A DNA stretch of 64,000 nt from Haliotis rubra. Taxonomy: Eukaryota. Below, piece by piece: positions 12,251-27,200 of this stretch (position 1 is its first letter; every line of letters starts with the position of its first letter). The position numbers were made by a program, and so were the translations under genes. The stretch is taken from contig NW_025767162.1 of the NCBI RefSeq assembly GCF_003918875.1, positions 558,001-622,000 on the forward strand. The letters are read 5' to 3'. Below the pieces are notes generated by a model. That model saw only the letters and a program-made list of their open reading frames with translations, was not told the origin of the DNA and did no database searches.

Positions 12251-15200
12251 ATGTCAAGGTAAGTCAGTATTTCGGACAACTGGTTATGAAACAATTAGGA
12301 AAATTATGCACATGTTTAAGAAAACTGGGCTTTTCATTTTTACGAAGAAAGAATATACATGCTTTCTGATGAGAATTTCGTTAAATAAGTTGGTTAAACG
12401 CAGGAATATATATACTAATTCGTAATATTATCTAAGCTTCAGTAAAAGCTGCAATGAATATTGTTTTCTGTGTTTAAAAAACGTGTCGTGGACCATTATT
12501 TGATGTGATGTCATCATCTATTGTGACGTCATCAATATTACGTCACATAAGGGCACTAATGGCATGTGCGTAACGTTAATGATAGTGATCGAAGCGTGAA
12601 ATCACTGTTTCACATGTTCGTTTTATCTTTTATCCTCTGGTTTGTCGTGAACGTATTGTTCATAAACGTTAATAAGAATATATGTCAACTTTATTCAAAT
12701 ATAACCAAAAAAATGAAGAATTATTTCTCGTGTATTCGTAAGTATTAATAGCGTGTTTCCTTGATCATCGAGTGTTTTACATCACACGAAAAGGTATTTT
12801 TGTCCATCTCAAACACGTCGAGTAAGACGTGCGGCGAGATTGTATTATGCCTTTTTATGATTTTTAATTTAATTCTTGAGGCCATTTTCGAGATATTTCG
12901 AATATCTGTTTTCACACTTCAGCATATATATTGCACATATTGAATTGTTTTTCATTGCTAGGTATATCTACATAGTCCTTGTGCTGCTTCCAACTGTTCG
13001 GTGTCAACCCAATGACCCAGACGCCACACCAGAGACTGTTGCTCTGTACAATCGCCTTAAAGAAATGGCAGTCAATCCAAACACTATCATGTTTGGCCAA
13101 AGTAGTTCCACATGGTTTGGGGCCACTGGAGGACACGCCCCTTATGACGTCACGACCAATACCAGCAATCGTGGGTGGACTTTCACCGTATGTCAGCTAC
13201 GTAAATGTTCCTGTTACTTTCCCGTTAAAGAGAAACTTCGATCCTTGACATAGCTCATTTTGCGTTTATGAGATTATTATAAATTTCTAAGAGGTAGTAT
13301 CATCAGTATAGGAGAATGATTCATAAATGAATGTTTGTGATTCAGTTGAAATTGTGCAATTGTCCCTAGATAGTTAGATATCTTTAGTGTTATACGTACA
13401 GGCTCAAATGACTCATACAGGTCAAAAGATACTTTGTTTTGTTGACCGCCTCCGTGGTGTAGTGGTTAGAGCGTCCGCCCGGAGAGCGGAAGGTCGCGGG
13501 TTCGATCCCCAACCGCGTCATACCAAAAGACGTTAAAATATGGTACTTGTTGGTCCCTGCCTGGCGCTCGGCATTAATGGGTACAACAAGGACTGGTCGG
13601 CTCGGAGTCAGTATAATGTGTCTGAGTGGGGTATTCATGCTTCTCAGTGGGCTAGCACTATAAAATCAGCTTCAGTCTGGGCTAGTACAAGCAGCCGCAC
13701 ATACACATACACACGCATGCACGTCGTCATATGAGTGAAATATTCTCAAGCACGACGATAAACCCAATTTCACCTCACCTCACCTCACCTTTGTGTTGTT
13801 TCTTGTTTAACGTCGCACTCAGAAATATCACAGCAACGTGACACCTTTCAGTAAATCATAGAATCAGAAGTAGACAATCCAGCAATTGGGATACGATGAC
13901 ATGTGTCAACCAGGTCAGCGAGCTTGACCACCCGATCCCTTTAGTCAGGTGTGACGGCAAAGTTTAAACCTGTTTCGTATGATTAACTAATCTGTCGTGT
14001 CATAGGGTGATCTTCAACATATTTTTAGAAGTAAATCGTATTCAAACCGCTCACATGACAGATATGATGCAGTGATAAATAATTGGAAGTCCTTTAATCT
14101 GTTTTTAATAGTGGGGCGGTGTGGTACCCTAAAGGATAAAGCATCTGCTCGACACGCCGAAGACCCGGGTTCAATTCCCCAAGTGGGTACAATGTGTGAA
14201 CCCCATTTCTGGTGTCCCCTGCCGTGATATTGCTTGAATACTGCTAAAAGCGGCGTAAAACCATACTCACCCAGTCAGTCACTCTTTTTGATACCCGTGA
14301 AGGTCTTTGTTAGAATGTGCCTTCAGTAACCCATGCTTGTCGTAAGAGGCGACTAACAGGATCGGGTGGTCAGGCTCGCTGACTTGGTTAACACATGTCG
14401 TCGGTTCCCAATTGCTCAGATCTATGCTCATACTGTTGATCACTGGATTGTCTGGTCCAGACCTAATTATTTACAGGCCGCCGCCATATAGCTGGAATAT
14501 TGCTGAGTGCTGCTCAAAACTAAACTCACTCACTCCCTTTTTGATAGTATATATTTCATTCCAGCTGGCATATCAGTTGGATGGGACCTAGTCCCCCTTG
14601 GCGTTAGTCGAGGTCCAAACAAGGCCAGGATTACTGTTAAAGTATTCACAATGACGACATGAGATATGTTAGGTCTGTGCAGCAGTCCGAAATATCACAG
14701 ATAGATCATGGTAGTTTGTAAATAATCTCCCCTGACCGAAGAGTGATTGAGTTGGGTTTTACGCCGGTGTGGTAGCCTAGTAGTTGAAACGTCCTTTTAG
14801 ACTGAGACTAATATAAGTAAAACTAGATACTTTTATCCTAGATAATGACAGTTATCGATATGATGTGGGCGGTGGGGTAGCCTAGCGGTTAAAGCGTTCG
14901 ATCGTCACGCCGAGACCCGGATTCCATTCCCCACATGGTTAAGTGTGTGAGGCCCGTTTCTGGTGTCGCCAGCCGTGATACTGCTGAAATATTGCTTGGA
15001 AGGTCGTAAAACTAAACTCACTAAGTCTTACTTACTTTAATATACATGTTTAGTTTAATGTCCTTGTATTCACGATTGCATAGTCTCGGAAAGACTCCAC
15101 GTTAACCATGACTGGCTAAATACAAAGATAAAACGATAGATCATGTATTTGTTCATGTTGTTCTGCAGGTCGACCAAGCCCTCGAGAACTACCCGGATGA

Positions 15201-16110
15201 GTTATCAGACGTGAAGGGTGTCACAGGTCAATACCCCGCCATCTTTGACCTTGGGATGTGGCAGCTGACCCCAAACAGAACCATCGTCCTGTCATACCTC
15301 CTGAAGAAAGCCCACAGCAGAGGAATCATCACCACATTGTGTCAGCACTTGTACAACCCAGTCACTGGCGGCAGTCCATGGGTTGACAAAGACCCTGGCA
15401 ACGTCACTCACACCGTCAGACGTCTTCTTCCAGGGGGAGACACGAACTGGAAGTACAGGGACAACCTGGACAAGATCACCGAGCTGGTCCTCAATCTGAA
15501 GGACGAAGAAGGAAAACTGATTCCTGTTCTCTTTCGTCCTCTTCATGAACTGAACGGAGACTGGTTCTGGTGGGGGTATGGTAACAGGGCGAACAATACC
15601 TTACAAGATCTGAAGTCCTTCTACAAGTACATCGTCACCTATCTCCGAGATGTTAAGCATGTCCACAACATCCTGTATGTCATCAGTCCAGACAAGTTCC
15701 AATCCAAGGATGACTATCTTCAATTTTACCCAGGGGATGATTATGTTGACATCATGGGAACTGATTTCTATTATAAATCTTCAAACGACACCACATCCGA
15801 TTTCCACAGAAGTTTAACAGATCTGGTGGAGATGGCAGAGTCCAGAAACAAAATTCCAACACTTTCCGAATGTGGAATGGCAAATAATGGGATCAGTACT
15901 GATCTCAACTTCTGGAATGACAAGATCCTTGATATCATCAAGGCCAGTATGACGACAAGAAGAATTGCCTACATCCTTACCTGGGCCAATCAGTGTACTG
16001 AGAATACATGTCAGCTGTGGACACCATACAAGGGACATCCAGCTGAACATGACTTCAGGAACAATTTCTTTAATGACCCTGTTACAGTTTTTGCAGGCGG
16101 CATGAACTGA
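12251..16110 (+). CDS. GH26 beta-mannanase-like secreted enzyme, copy 1 (subtype A), intact, ~391 aa; exons 12251-12258, 12962-13187, 15169-16110
   Basis: ATGTCAAG|gtaagt micro-exon; ttgctag|G acceptor (phase 2) gives MSRYIYIVLVLLPTVRC|QPND signal peptide; ACC|gtatgt donor and ttctgcag|GTC acceptor (phase 0). GH26 motifs QHLYNP, FRPLHELNGDWFWWG (acid/base Glu), YPGDDYVDIMGTDFY, PTLSECG (nucleophile Glu). Spliced length 1176 nt is in frame; AATAAA at 16161. Confidence 0.9.
13444..13788 (+). mobile_element. Family V SINE, copy 3 (intron 2 of GH26 copy 1)
   Basis: Near-identical to the other copies; TSD ctttgt(t/g)ttgtt. Confidence 0.85.
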
Positions 16111-16587
16111 CGACATGGAAAATACACAATTAAATTTCCAAACATTGATTGTTTAGTTTGAATAAAGTCAGCGGGTCGTTTGAGAGGATGTTTTCATTGT
16201 CTTTCAGTATAACACACGTAATAGGAAGTGTGGTTTTAATTTTCCGCCGCTTTTAGCAATATTAAAGTATTATCACGGCGGAACTGGGCTTCACACTTTG
16301 TACTAATTTGGGGAATGGAACATCTGGTCGAACCGTGACGGGCGAACGCTTTAACCACTTAGGACTAGGCTAGCCCACACGCAGTAGAGGCCCTGTGGGT
16401 GGTGTCACAGCCTTTATGTGTTTACACTTCCTTTTACTTACACGATGTTGTTGATAATGCTCTGTTTATATGTTTGCTTGTTTAACACTGAATAGGGCGA
16501 TATCCCAGCTACATACAGCGGTCTTGTAAATAACACATTATGCAATTCTAACCAATATTTAAATTAGATGGTCTTACGTGCTATCTC

Positions 16588-19500
16588 AGTGAGTGAGTTA
16601 AAATTAATAGTCACATCGGCAATATTTCAGCCATATTGTGACTTAAAAAGTTATAAATTAATAATAAACACAAATACCTCATTAAACACCTGTCGACGAA
16701 GGACAGTAAAACAACAAGATTATCACAGGAATAAATTTAAGACTAGTAATTAAATGTAAAATATTTTACCTATAAATGACAATACAATATAAAAACAGGC
16801 TATAGATTGCCAACAACTGAAGGTAGATCACCATACTAGGGGCCATGCTTCCTGCTTCGGCCCTAGCTGGATTTACATCATCCCTTCAGCTGTCAGCAAT
16901 TTAGATACATCTAGCCATACATTAAAAATACACATATTCTACGATTAAAAAAATGGAAAGTTTCAAATTACCTTGAAGGTTTTGCGACTTACGTACCCTC
17001 TCAGGACAATAATTTTACAGTACTTTAACCCACCTCGAGGATACAGCCACTAACAATCTTAGTTACTAATTCAAACTTCTAATCATAAAATATTTATCTA
17101 TTTACAAATCATTTAACAAATCTAATTCCTTAAAAAATGCAATAATTAAATGAGAACTGATATTATTATAAAGATCCATCATAGTTTGTGATTTAAAATA
17201 GTTATCCCTTGTGATGGGTTTATTCAACACAGTCAAGCAAGACATGCTTGACCGTGATTCTTTCATCACAAGGGATGCAAAACGGAGGATCCTCACCTAT
17301 TAACAGGTATTAATGTGTATATCTAGTATGGCCAATACGACATCGTCGTATGATGACCTCTTCATATCTGGACTGACAACCCAAGTAGGTATAACGGATA
17401 TAAGGTTTTATTGCATGTATTTTTTTTAAGTCCCACTTGGGTGTCCCACTTCTTCTGCATCAGATCACGGATATAAGATCTAAAAGCAGCTTTGTAATCA
17501 GAGCATGGGATCAGAAGTGGTGTCACAGATTTGTTGAGTGCTGCCTTGGCAGCAAGATCGGCCATTGTGCTCCCAGAAATGCCAACGTGGCTGGGTAGCC
17601 AACAAAAAGACGATGTCGTATTGGCCAGTAGCAAGCTCATTATATAATTCAATAACTTCTATTAAAAGTGGATGTTTACAAGAAAGATTTTTAATAGCCC
17701 GAAGGCAAGAAAGAGAGTCAGAAAAGATTATATATTGTTTATGTTTAGGGTGTCTTTGAATATATTTAAGAGCTGTTAATATGGCGTTTGCTTCGGCTGT
17801 AAAAATAGAGCTGTTATCCGGTATTCGTGAAGATATTGTTCTTAATCCAATGGCAGTGGCACAAGCTACTGCGCCACCATCCTTGGATCCATCTGTAAAT
17901 AAGAACTTACATGTATTATATTTACTTTTTAGTAGATTATATTCGTATTTATATTGTAATTCATTAGTTTGGATTTTTTAAACGTTGTCAGTGTTTGGTC
18001 AACTTGTGGCCTCACTAATTGCCAAGGAGGAGAAGAAAGAAGACGGGAATGGGATATATTTTGTAGCTCAATGCCAGCAGCAGAAAGGAAAGGTTTGATT
18101 CTTAGTCCCAGAGGTGAAACAAGAGAAGACTTTTTGTTGTACAGATCCTCATAAAGAGGATTTAAAAGACAGTTAAATACTCTTTAGAGAATAGTTTAGT
18201 TGTATATTGTAAAGATAATTTTATACGGCGTTGTGTAAGAGATGGTTCATTGGCTTTAAGATAGTGACTGTCAACAGAATTTCTGAAAGACCCAAGACAG
18301 AGTCAAAGGCCTTGGTGGTGTACAGAATCTAATAGCTTAAAGTTGCTTTTGCAGGCTCCTCCATATAAGATGGAGCCATAATCAAGCTTCGAGCGGACCA
18401 GTGATCTATATAGGTGAAGGAGGGTAGGTTGATCCCCTCGCCATTTTGAGTTCGAAACAACTTTTAATAAATCCAGTGCCTTCAAGCATTTATTTTTTAG
18501 GTATTTATTATGCGGAAGAAAAGTTAAATGGGAGTCGAAAATTATAACCAAGAACTTGGCCTCCTTGACAACTTTGATGCGAGTGCCATTTAAAAATAGT
18601 TCTGGGTCTTTATGCGGCTTATATTTTCTGCAGAAGTGTAGACAATTAGTTTTAGACTTGGAAAATTTAAAGACATTGTCGAGACACCCTTTATGTATTT
18701 GTTTAAGCACAACTGCAGTTCAGTAGTATGCATATGTTTACCACGACAAGAAATATTAAAATCATCTACGAAAAGTGATCCATCAATTGAATCCTTTAAA
18801 ACCTTGGATAAACTGTTGATCTTAATACTAAACAATGTGACAGACCAAATACTGCCTTGTGGGACACCCTGATCCTGATTGTAATGGTCTGAGAGGGTTG
18901 AACCCACTCGGAAGTGAAATTGCCTGTCTATTAAAATCTGTGAGGTAAAAAGAGGTAAACGACGCCTCAAACAAAAGGCATGTAAATCCTTCAAAAGGCC
19001 ATGCGTCCAGGTGGTATCGTATTCTTTCTCGAGATCAAAGAATATAGAGACTGCATGTTGTTTATTTACTATAGCATTTCATGGTTTTACAGACACAACT
19101 CGTTAACGAGATTGATCTGTAATTCGACGGATCAGTATGATCCCGGCCATGCTTTGGTATGGGGACTACAATGGTATTAAGCCACGAAGTTAGGAAATTC
19201 CCTGAAGTCCATATTGTATCAAACATAAATATAAGTGTTTCCAAACATGGCTCAGGTAAATGCTTCGAAAGCTGATAATATATATTGTCAGCCCCTGTTG
19301 CTGTATCATGAGCTTGCTCAAGGGCGATATGGAACTCATGTAACGAAAATAGTTCGTTATAGTCTTCACCATTGTCCGAGTTGAAATTAGTTCTTTTCTT
19401 CTCCTGTTGTTTCTGGTATTTCTGAAACTCAAGGACAAAATCGGATGAAGGCGAATGCTTGGCAAGATTTTCACCAAGCTTATTGGCAATGTCAGCTTTA

Positions 19501-19608
19501 TCCTTCAATACATTGTCACCATCCTTCAGATAGTAGACAGTAGATTTGGAACCTTTGCCCTTTATCCTTTGTATCATGTTCCACGCCGTTGACATCGGTG
19601 TACGGGAA
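16588..19608 (-). mobile_element. 5'-truncated copy of the same I/Nimb-type LINE (RT + RNase H), decayed
   Basis: PIPKHGRDHTDPSNYRSISLTS, GVPQGSIWS, FVDD, RSKLDYG, WLPSHVGISGSTMADLAAK; same 3' UTR and (ACTC)n tail as 33741-38924. Confidence 0.88.
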
Positions 19609-20105
19609 TCATCAACATGAACATTAAGCAATTGGGATACGATGACATATTTCGCCTCTTACGTCAAGCATGGGTTCCTGAAGACCAATCTACTCACGTT
19701 TTGAATTGATACACGTTTTGGTTAACACTGCGTGGAATGGTGTGTTAGCTTATATGAATACACTGTGTATGACACAACTATTTCATGGACAAGAATCCCT
19801 TGTAAAGACGTCCCAGTACCGCGGTGCATCTGAAACGGCATTACAAAACATTGGTCGTTGTCCATATTAATTGTCACGTATTGGTGTTTTCAAAATAAAT
19901 GGCGCAAAATCATAATCGCGTCTCAGACTTTAAGAACGCGTGAACAGTGACTGTCAAGGTTTAGTCACACAATCTGATCTGGATATTTCTCCACTGCAGA
20001 CAACTAGGCCACCAAGATATCTAATGTGTGGCGTTGCATTGGTATTTAATAGGCTTGACTATCGTCATCTCAGACAGCCCGACGGCAGCCAGTGTTGTTC
20101 CAGAC

Positions 20106-23051
20106 ATGACGAGGTGAGACTAATTTGAAAACTGCATGTTTGTAATTTGAAGTTGTAGCAGTTTTAGGTTTAACCAGTAGACACTGAAATTATAATTCAG
20201 AAGTATATTGCAGTTACATTTTTATACAGTATACATGGATTGGCGAAAACATATGCGTGACAGATCAACCACATGGGCCACAAGAACTATGATCAAGGAA
20301 CTACTTTAACTACCCATCGTGACTCATCTTGGTAGAAGGAGTGAATGAGTTAAGATTTATAGTCACATCGGCAATAATTCAACCATATCGTGACTTTAAC
20401 AAATTACAGATTCATAATAAGTGCAAAGAAAGTATGAAAAACCTGTCGACGAAGGACAGTGAAATAACTAATAACTAGATTATCACAGATAGAGATGTAA
20501 AACTAGCGTGTAACTCTAGAATGAATCAAATTTATGAACAATTCATATATATATATATATATATTATTTCTATATATTGACTTTATATATAAAAACGTGC
20601 TGGAGATCACCAGCAACTGAAGGTTGATCACCATACTAGGGACCATGGGGACTTACAGTACCTTTGCTACCTGCATGGACCCTAGCTGGATTTATACCAT
20701 CCCTTCAGCCACTGGTGATTGTTGTGGAATTTAGCCATTATTTAAACATCATGTAAACAACAAATATTCTACGATTAACATTTTGTAGGTCGAAATTGAC
20801 TTTGAAAGTTTTGGGACTTACGAATCCTCCCAGGAGGTCTCATATTGGTAGATTTTTAACCGTGAATCTATTAAGGAAGGAAAAACAATATATGGTTGAA
20901 CAACGTTCAACCATAGGTTCCAACACTGTTATAAGCAAGTGATGTTTATGCATATCTTGTTATGCTTCCGTACTGACCCAACTTCTTTAAGGCATCTGAA
21001 AAATGTTACAACTGTTTCTAATAAAACACAAGCCATACACCACCGATCCCTTGAACAAACCGAAAGCAGCTAATTGTCACGAACAATATTTGAATATTTT
21101 CCCGGCCGGATATGACACAATCACATTTTCGTGAACATCTGGTATCACTGTTTGATTGTGATTCATAACCCGTGAAGATTCGGGTAACAATTGGTCTTCA
21201 GTAACCCATGCTTGTTGTAAGAGGCGACTAACGGGATCGGGTAGTCAGGCTTGCTGACTTGTTTCACGCATGTCATCATATCCCAGTTGTGCAGATCGAT
21301 GCTCATGCTTTTGATCACTGGATCTGGTACATACTCGATTATTTACAGACTGCCGCCGTGATCGTCCAATTGACTATGTGTTAGGCAGAGATTTCTCATG
21401 TATATGAAAAAGGTTTTGCCGCTTTTATTAGCAATTTCAACTGAAACCATCTTTTCTGGAGAGGTAGGACATATGTATTTGTTCTTCTGTCATGTTCTGG
21501 GGACAACACTTGTCCTGGCACCATGGTGTTTGAGTATCTTTGCTTTTCCAGACACTTCCTTTCTGTAATTATTCTCCTGGGGCCTGCCATGTGTGGTCCA
21601 GTAGATCAGAAGGCTACGCGGGAGACGAGGAACCTATTCAACAACATGAAAGATCTTGCTCGAAACTCCTCTAAAGTGATGTTTGGTCACCATGAAGACA
21701 CGTGGCTTGGCGCACAGGGTGGTCATCCGCCGTATTTGGTGCAGACTCTCACTCATGACGGAAACATACAGGCCTACATATTTTGGGCAAGTTAAACATC
21801 ATTTCACATTTGACCTCTGTTACGCGATACTTTTGTGTCAAATGAATCATTCTTACAAAAGAATCATGCATGTGTATTTTGTTGTCAGTCGATTTTGAAT
21901 TGGATATTATACGAGCTTTGAGTTGATCAAATTGTCAAATATGAACCATAATCTTGATGAACTCGTTGAAATGACGTTAGTCCTTCACCACTTTTGAAAC
22001 ATAAATCGTTTCAACAGATGGAGAACAAGGGGTTGGAGAGGCCGTTTTTACCATAAAAGGTTCATTCTGTGATGATGATATATATATTTTAGGCACAACA
22101 AGTCAGAGATGGGGATCCGGATGAACTCTCCGATACAAAAGGAGTTACTGGACAGTATCCTGCAGTATCTGGTTTTGACTTTGCTCAGTTCACTGATGAA
22201 CATATTATCACCCTTACCTATTTGGCAAAGCTTGCTTATGCTCGGGGGCAAATAGTCACGATATCGCAGCATCTCAACAACCCCGTGACTGGGGGTTCCC
22301 CTTGGGTCAGCAAGGATAATGGAGACGTTCTTCACACCGTCAGACGGATCCTTCCAGGTGGGGACAAGAACCACATCTATAAAGAGAATCTGGACAAGAT
22401 TGCCGACTGGGCTCTCAACTTCACTGACTCAAGCGGCAAACCAATTCCTTTTGTTTTCCGCATCCTTCATGAGCTAAATGGTGGATGGTTTTGGTGGGGA
22501 CTTTCAAAAGAGACCCAGAATACTGCGAATGATTTAATTAATCTGTACAGATACATCGTTACCTACTTAAGAGACGTAAGAGGCGTCCATAACATTCTTT
22601 ACTGCGTCAGCCCAGATAAATTCAAGACAAAAGATGACTACTTGAAAGTGTATCCAGGGATGACTTTGTTGATGTGCTCGGCACCGATTACTACTTCGTC
22701 AACGAGAATCAACCTCCTGTATCAGATCTGAAGAGAACCTTGGACGAACTGGTGGTGATTGCTGAAACCAGAGATAAAATCCCTGCATTGACGGAGACGG
22801 GAATCTTCAACAATGGTATCGATCGTGTACATAACTTCTGGAATGACCACGTACTGGACATTCTGAAGACCGACTCTAAAGCTGCAAGAATTGCTTATAT
22901 TCTTACCTGGACTAACCATTGTTATGGTAACCACAAGTGCGAGCTCTGGATGCCTTATAAAGGTCACCCTGCAGAGTCGGACTTTAGAAAGAACTTCTTC
23001 AATGATCCGATGACTTATTTTGCTGATCGAATTGGTGGAATGTACAACTGA
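20106..23051 (+). CDS. GH26 beta-mannanase-like copy 2 (subtype B), 1-bp deletion frameshift at ~22657-22659; exons 20106-20113, 21552-21786, 22093-23051
   Basis: ATGACGAG|gtgaga; ttttccag|A gives MTRHFLSVIILLGPAMC|GPVD; intron-2 donor is GC (TGG|gcaagt); attttag|GCA acceptor. Motifs RILHELNGGWFWWG and PALTETG. CCAGGGATGAC lacks one base relative to the paralogues (YPG-DD); spliced length 1202 = 3n-1; AATAAA at 23065. Pseudogene or sequencing error. Confidence 0.82.
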
Positions 23052-24173
23052 AAGAAATCATCAAAATAAAGTTATGTATTTATATATCAATTTATATTTG
23101 ATCTTTATTTCTCAGTATTTGAATTAAGAAAATGACAACTAATATTATGAATGACAACTTCCGGTTACTGAATGAGCATCATTACAATGTAGATTACTAC
23201 ACTGTTCTCAAGAGGAAATATTCACTTGAGCTTTGTAGAAAATGACGGCAACTTTTCAAGAAATATTACGAATGTGACTTGACGTTGGATCGGGGCTTTG
23301 TTTCCTCTAGGTATTTCTTTAAAATATGTTTTCGGTCACTTTCTCTGGATCACTTATTTTTCAATTGTTTGTAACTGATGCTAACTTGTAGATGTTCAAG
23401 ACTTATGGTAATTTAAGGAAAATATAGGTTAATGATTGATCTAAAAATGGACTATATGTGCAGTAAGTTAAAGAAAAAAATATTATTTTGTGTGAGTAAG
23501 TTAGCTGCTTTTAATGGCGGTAAGAACATTGATCCAGTTATATCACTGCGTGTAAGTCTACTGTGGAATGAAGGCTGGAAGAGACACAGGTCTCAATCGC
23601 TTGCCGCTATAGTGTAACTCCTTAAGGGCAGAAGACTGACCAGCAAGAAATCGGTACAAACTGATGTGCCAAAGGGAAACAACTCGAGTTCCGAAACCAA
23701 CAAATTAGAGTGAGTTAGTTAAAACTGAACGTCACGTGGCGAATGTCTCAAACCATATCATGACGAAACAAGACCACAAATAACACATGTGTTTAAAGAG
23801 TAGTTTTAAGACCATTCAAAGTATTAAAATATCAATTAACAACACAATATTAAAAGGAGCTAGGAATCGCGAGAACCAAAGCTAGGCTGCCTAACTAGAA
23901 ACTGTAGGGAGAAACCACTAGAGTTCTGACAGACAAAAATTTCTCACTGTGGCTGAATATAGGATTCGAACGATGATCAGAAGACATTTCGACAACTAGA
24001 GGACAAATCCGTGACGCGCCTTAGAATTCAACAGCTGGTTGTGGTTAAATAGACAACGATGAAGCATTTGCCCTAACCTAAGATGACCCGTCAGTTGTAG
24101 ATATGAAATATAATCCGACCAATTTAAGAAATGTTTAAAAGCTTAAATGTAATCTTATCCAAACATATCCATA

Positions 24174-24179
24174 TATAAA
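24174..24179 (+). promoter_or_regulatory. TATA box of GH26 copy 3 (equivalents at 40749-40754 and 52691-52697 on minus strand for copies 5 and 6)
   Basis: TATAAA/TATATAA conserved 52-55 nt upstream of the micro-exon ATG in three paralogues. Confidence 0.55.
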
Positions 24180-24225
24180 TAACACCCAAATCGACTAAAG
24201 CGCACAAGACAGTTGCCTTGGAAGG

Positions 24226-27200
24226 ATGGACGTACGGTAGGAAAATGTACTATAGTAGATAACTGTTTTAGAAAGGGGACAACGCGCATAATAGAGTTTT
24301 TAATTATTATCGTATAAACAGAAGTTTAATCAGTTTTACATGTCATGTATTATAAATAAATAAGGAATGACAAATTGGGAAATTTGTGCAAAGTTTACAA
24401 AGATGGTAGAACAATTTAACGGGTTCAATTTTATTATTAGTACCTCATTGAAGCATGTAGCAAACACTGATCGCTCCTTACATGCAGGGACGAAGGTGTC
24501 CAAGTTGTCTAACACACTGCAACTTTCTGTGCAGAGATTCGTCCACTGAGTATGACATTAACCTGTTAGTTAGTACCCCGGTTTCTCCACTGAGTATGAC
24601 ATTAACATGTTAGTTAGTACCCCGGTTCGTCCACTGAGTATGATATTAACCTGTGAGTTAGTACCCCGGTTCGTCTACTGAGTATGACATTAACATGTTA
24701 GTTAGTACCCCGGTTCGTCCACTGAGTATGACATTAACCTGTTAGTTAGTACCCCGGTTCGTCCACTGAGTATGACATTAACCTGTTAGTTAGTACCCCG
24801 GTTCGTCCACTGAATATGACATTAACCTGTTAGTTAGTACCCCGGTTCGTCCACTGAATATGACATTAACCTGTTAGTTAGTACCCCGGTTCGTCCACTG
24901 AATATGACATTAACCTGTTAGTTAGTACCCCGGTTCGTCCACTGAATATGACATTAACCTGTTAGTTAGTATCCGCCCCTATTAAGTTTCTAGGTTTGTC
25001 AGAACCACACCAAAGTATCGGCTGTAGAAGGTAGAAGGTGTTAAGCCTTGAAGGAGATTTAACCTCCAGGATATCTAACTGCCATGGTATCTCAGTGCGT
25101 TAGATCTACAATAGAAGCAACAAAAGCCTTTTCCACGTTCGTAAGAAATCTCGATTGTATCATTGTGACTATGTCATGGGCATATTTTTGTTTTAGCAGT
25201 ATTACACCTGTACGATGTTGTTTGTAAACAAATCGAATACCACGTGACAATCCACTGATTGTCACAATGCGATACGATCACTGAACATGTGTTTATGAAT
25301 CACTATGAAATAGTCATGATACCACGTGTTCAGGAAAAGGACAGGTTATGCTTCCCCACCGGAGGCACCCGTCATAAACATATACAGTCTAGTCAGTTGT
25401 TCACCAGATATGTATGGTACAAGTCAACATAGGGAATCGCATAGGACATCAATTTTGCCACTGACGCATCAGCACATGAATCACTGTGGAAGTCTGGACT
25501 AGTACTGACATACAAATACACATCCATGTACGGCGTTATATATGGTCAATAACATGGAACACAACTTTAAACCCAAGTGTAATCAGCCACACACACGTAA
25601 GTAAAATAATCTTAAATGCGACGTTAAACACCACCACCATTATGTCAAAATATTGTTATTTGTCAACAGGAACATACCAGTTATAGCTCTCGTCTTTCTC
25701 ACAACGACGCAGTGTGAGCCAATTGATCAGCATGCTACTGTGGAGACTAAAAACCTGTACAAGAACATCAAAGCCATGGCTAGGAACTCCTCCAAAGTGA
25801 TGTTTGGTCATCATTTTGACACAATGCTGGGGGCTCAAGGAGGGCATCCTCCATACCTGTTTCAGACGCTGACTCACGACGGCAATGTGCAAGGATACAC
25901 CTTTACGGTAAGTGTTCAAAATATCAATGGGGCAAGAAGCTATCAATACTAAGGATACTCCGTGTTTTTCAAGGCATATCATACAAGAAAGTAATGGATA
26001 ACAACTTCTTTATTATATATTTCTTATTAGTCACCAACTTCTAAATGCCAATCAAACAGAGCATATCATACAGTCAAACAAAAATGTATCGATCTTTGAT
26101 GTCTCGAAGTATAACCTTGGTCCCTTTGTATGCTTTCCCTTGTCAGACAATCCAGTGATCAACAGCATGAGAAACAGAACATTACACCAACAACATATAT
26201 ATATATTTACTTTGTTCTCTTGTTGGACCCGAGGTAATACATCTATGCTATGCTAAATGTTGGTTCAGCCTTTTTGTACAAAGCGAGATTATTCGATACC
26301 AATATGAAGTTTATTTCCAAAAATGAATAATCCAGCCTGATTTCACTTCTGATGGTCCACGGTTAACAGTACATTATTACGTTTTAAATGTTACAGAGAT
26401 GTTTGAATAAGACAGCTCATTAATTAAAATTACATCATCAATAGTTTACGTGCAGCGACTGTTTTCACCTGGCCAAATTAATTAGTGTGCTATTTTTATC
26501 TGCATTTTGGGAGGTCTGCGTTATGGGAGTAAACCATCACTGATTCCGCCTCCAAATTTCTTTCGGCTCCAAAGAGTTTCTTTTCAGCATATAAGGCTGG
26601 CTGTTCTCGAGCGTTCACAATTTTTGTGCTATTTACATTTGTCAAAAACTAAAGACCATGTATTTTATTTCAGGAGCAACAGGCTCTATCTGGCTATCCC
26701 GATGAGTTGTCTGACACCAAAGGTGTCACAGGACAATACCCAGCTGTGTCTAGTTTTGACTTTTCTCAATTTCAAGATTACCAGACCGTGACCACAACTT
26801 ACCTCGCCAAGCTTGCTTATGCAAGAGGCCAAGTTATTACCCTTTCCCAGCATCTCAACAACCCCGTCACTGGTGGGTCTCCATGGGTGAAGCAAGATTC
26901 AGGGGACGTTCGTCATACAGTTAAAAGAATCCTTCCTGGAGGAGACCGTAATCAGAAATACAAGGAGAACCTGGATAAGATTGCTGACTGGGCTCTCAAC
27001 CTAACCGACTCCAGTGGTAAACTAATTCCATTTATCTTTCGACCTCTTCACGAACAAAACGGAGGATGGTTTTGGTGGGGGCTCTCTACCCAGACTCAGA
27101 ATACGGCGGATGATCTGAAAGATCTATACAAGTATATAGTGACATATTTACGAGATACACGAGGTGTCCACAATATTCTGTATTGCGTCAGCCCAGGCAG

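Noticed and set aside
15292-16116. Recurrent antisense ORFs over GH26 exons (also 22722-22967, 27277-27550, 32160-32473, 47624-47908, 58947-59237)
   Set aside because: Shadows of the conserved sense coding sequence; no independent motif or promoter.
24538-24972. CRISPR-like array
   Set aside because: Units are head-to-tail with no unique spacers, there are no cas genes, and the context is a eukaryotic intron.
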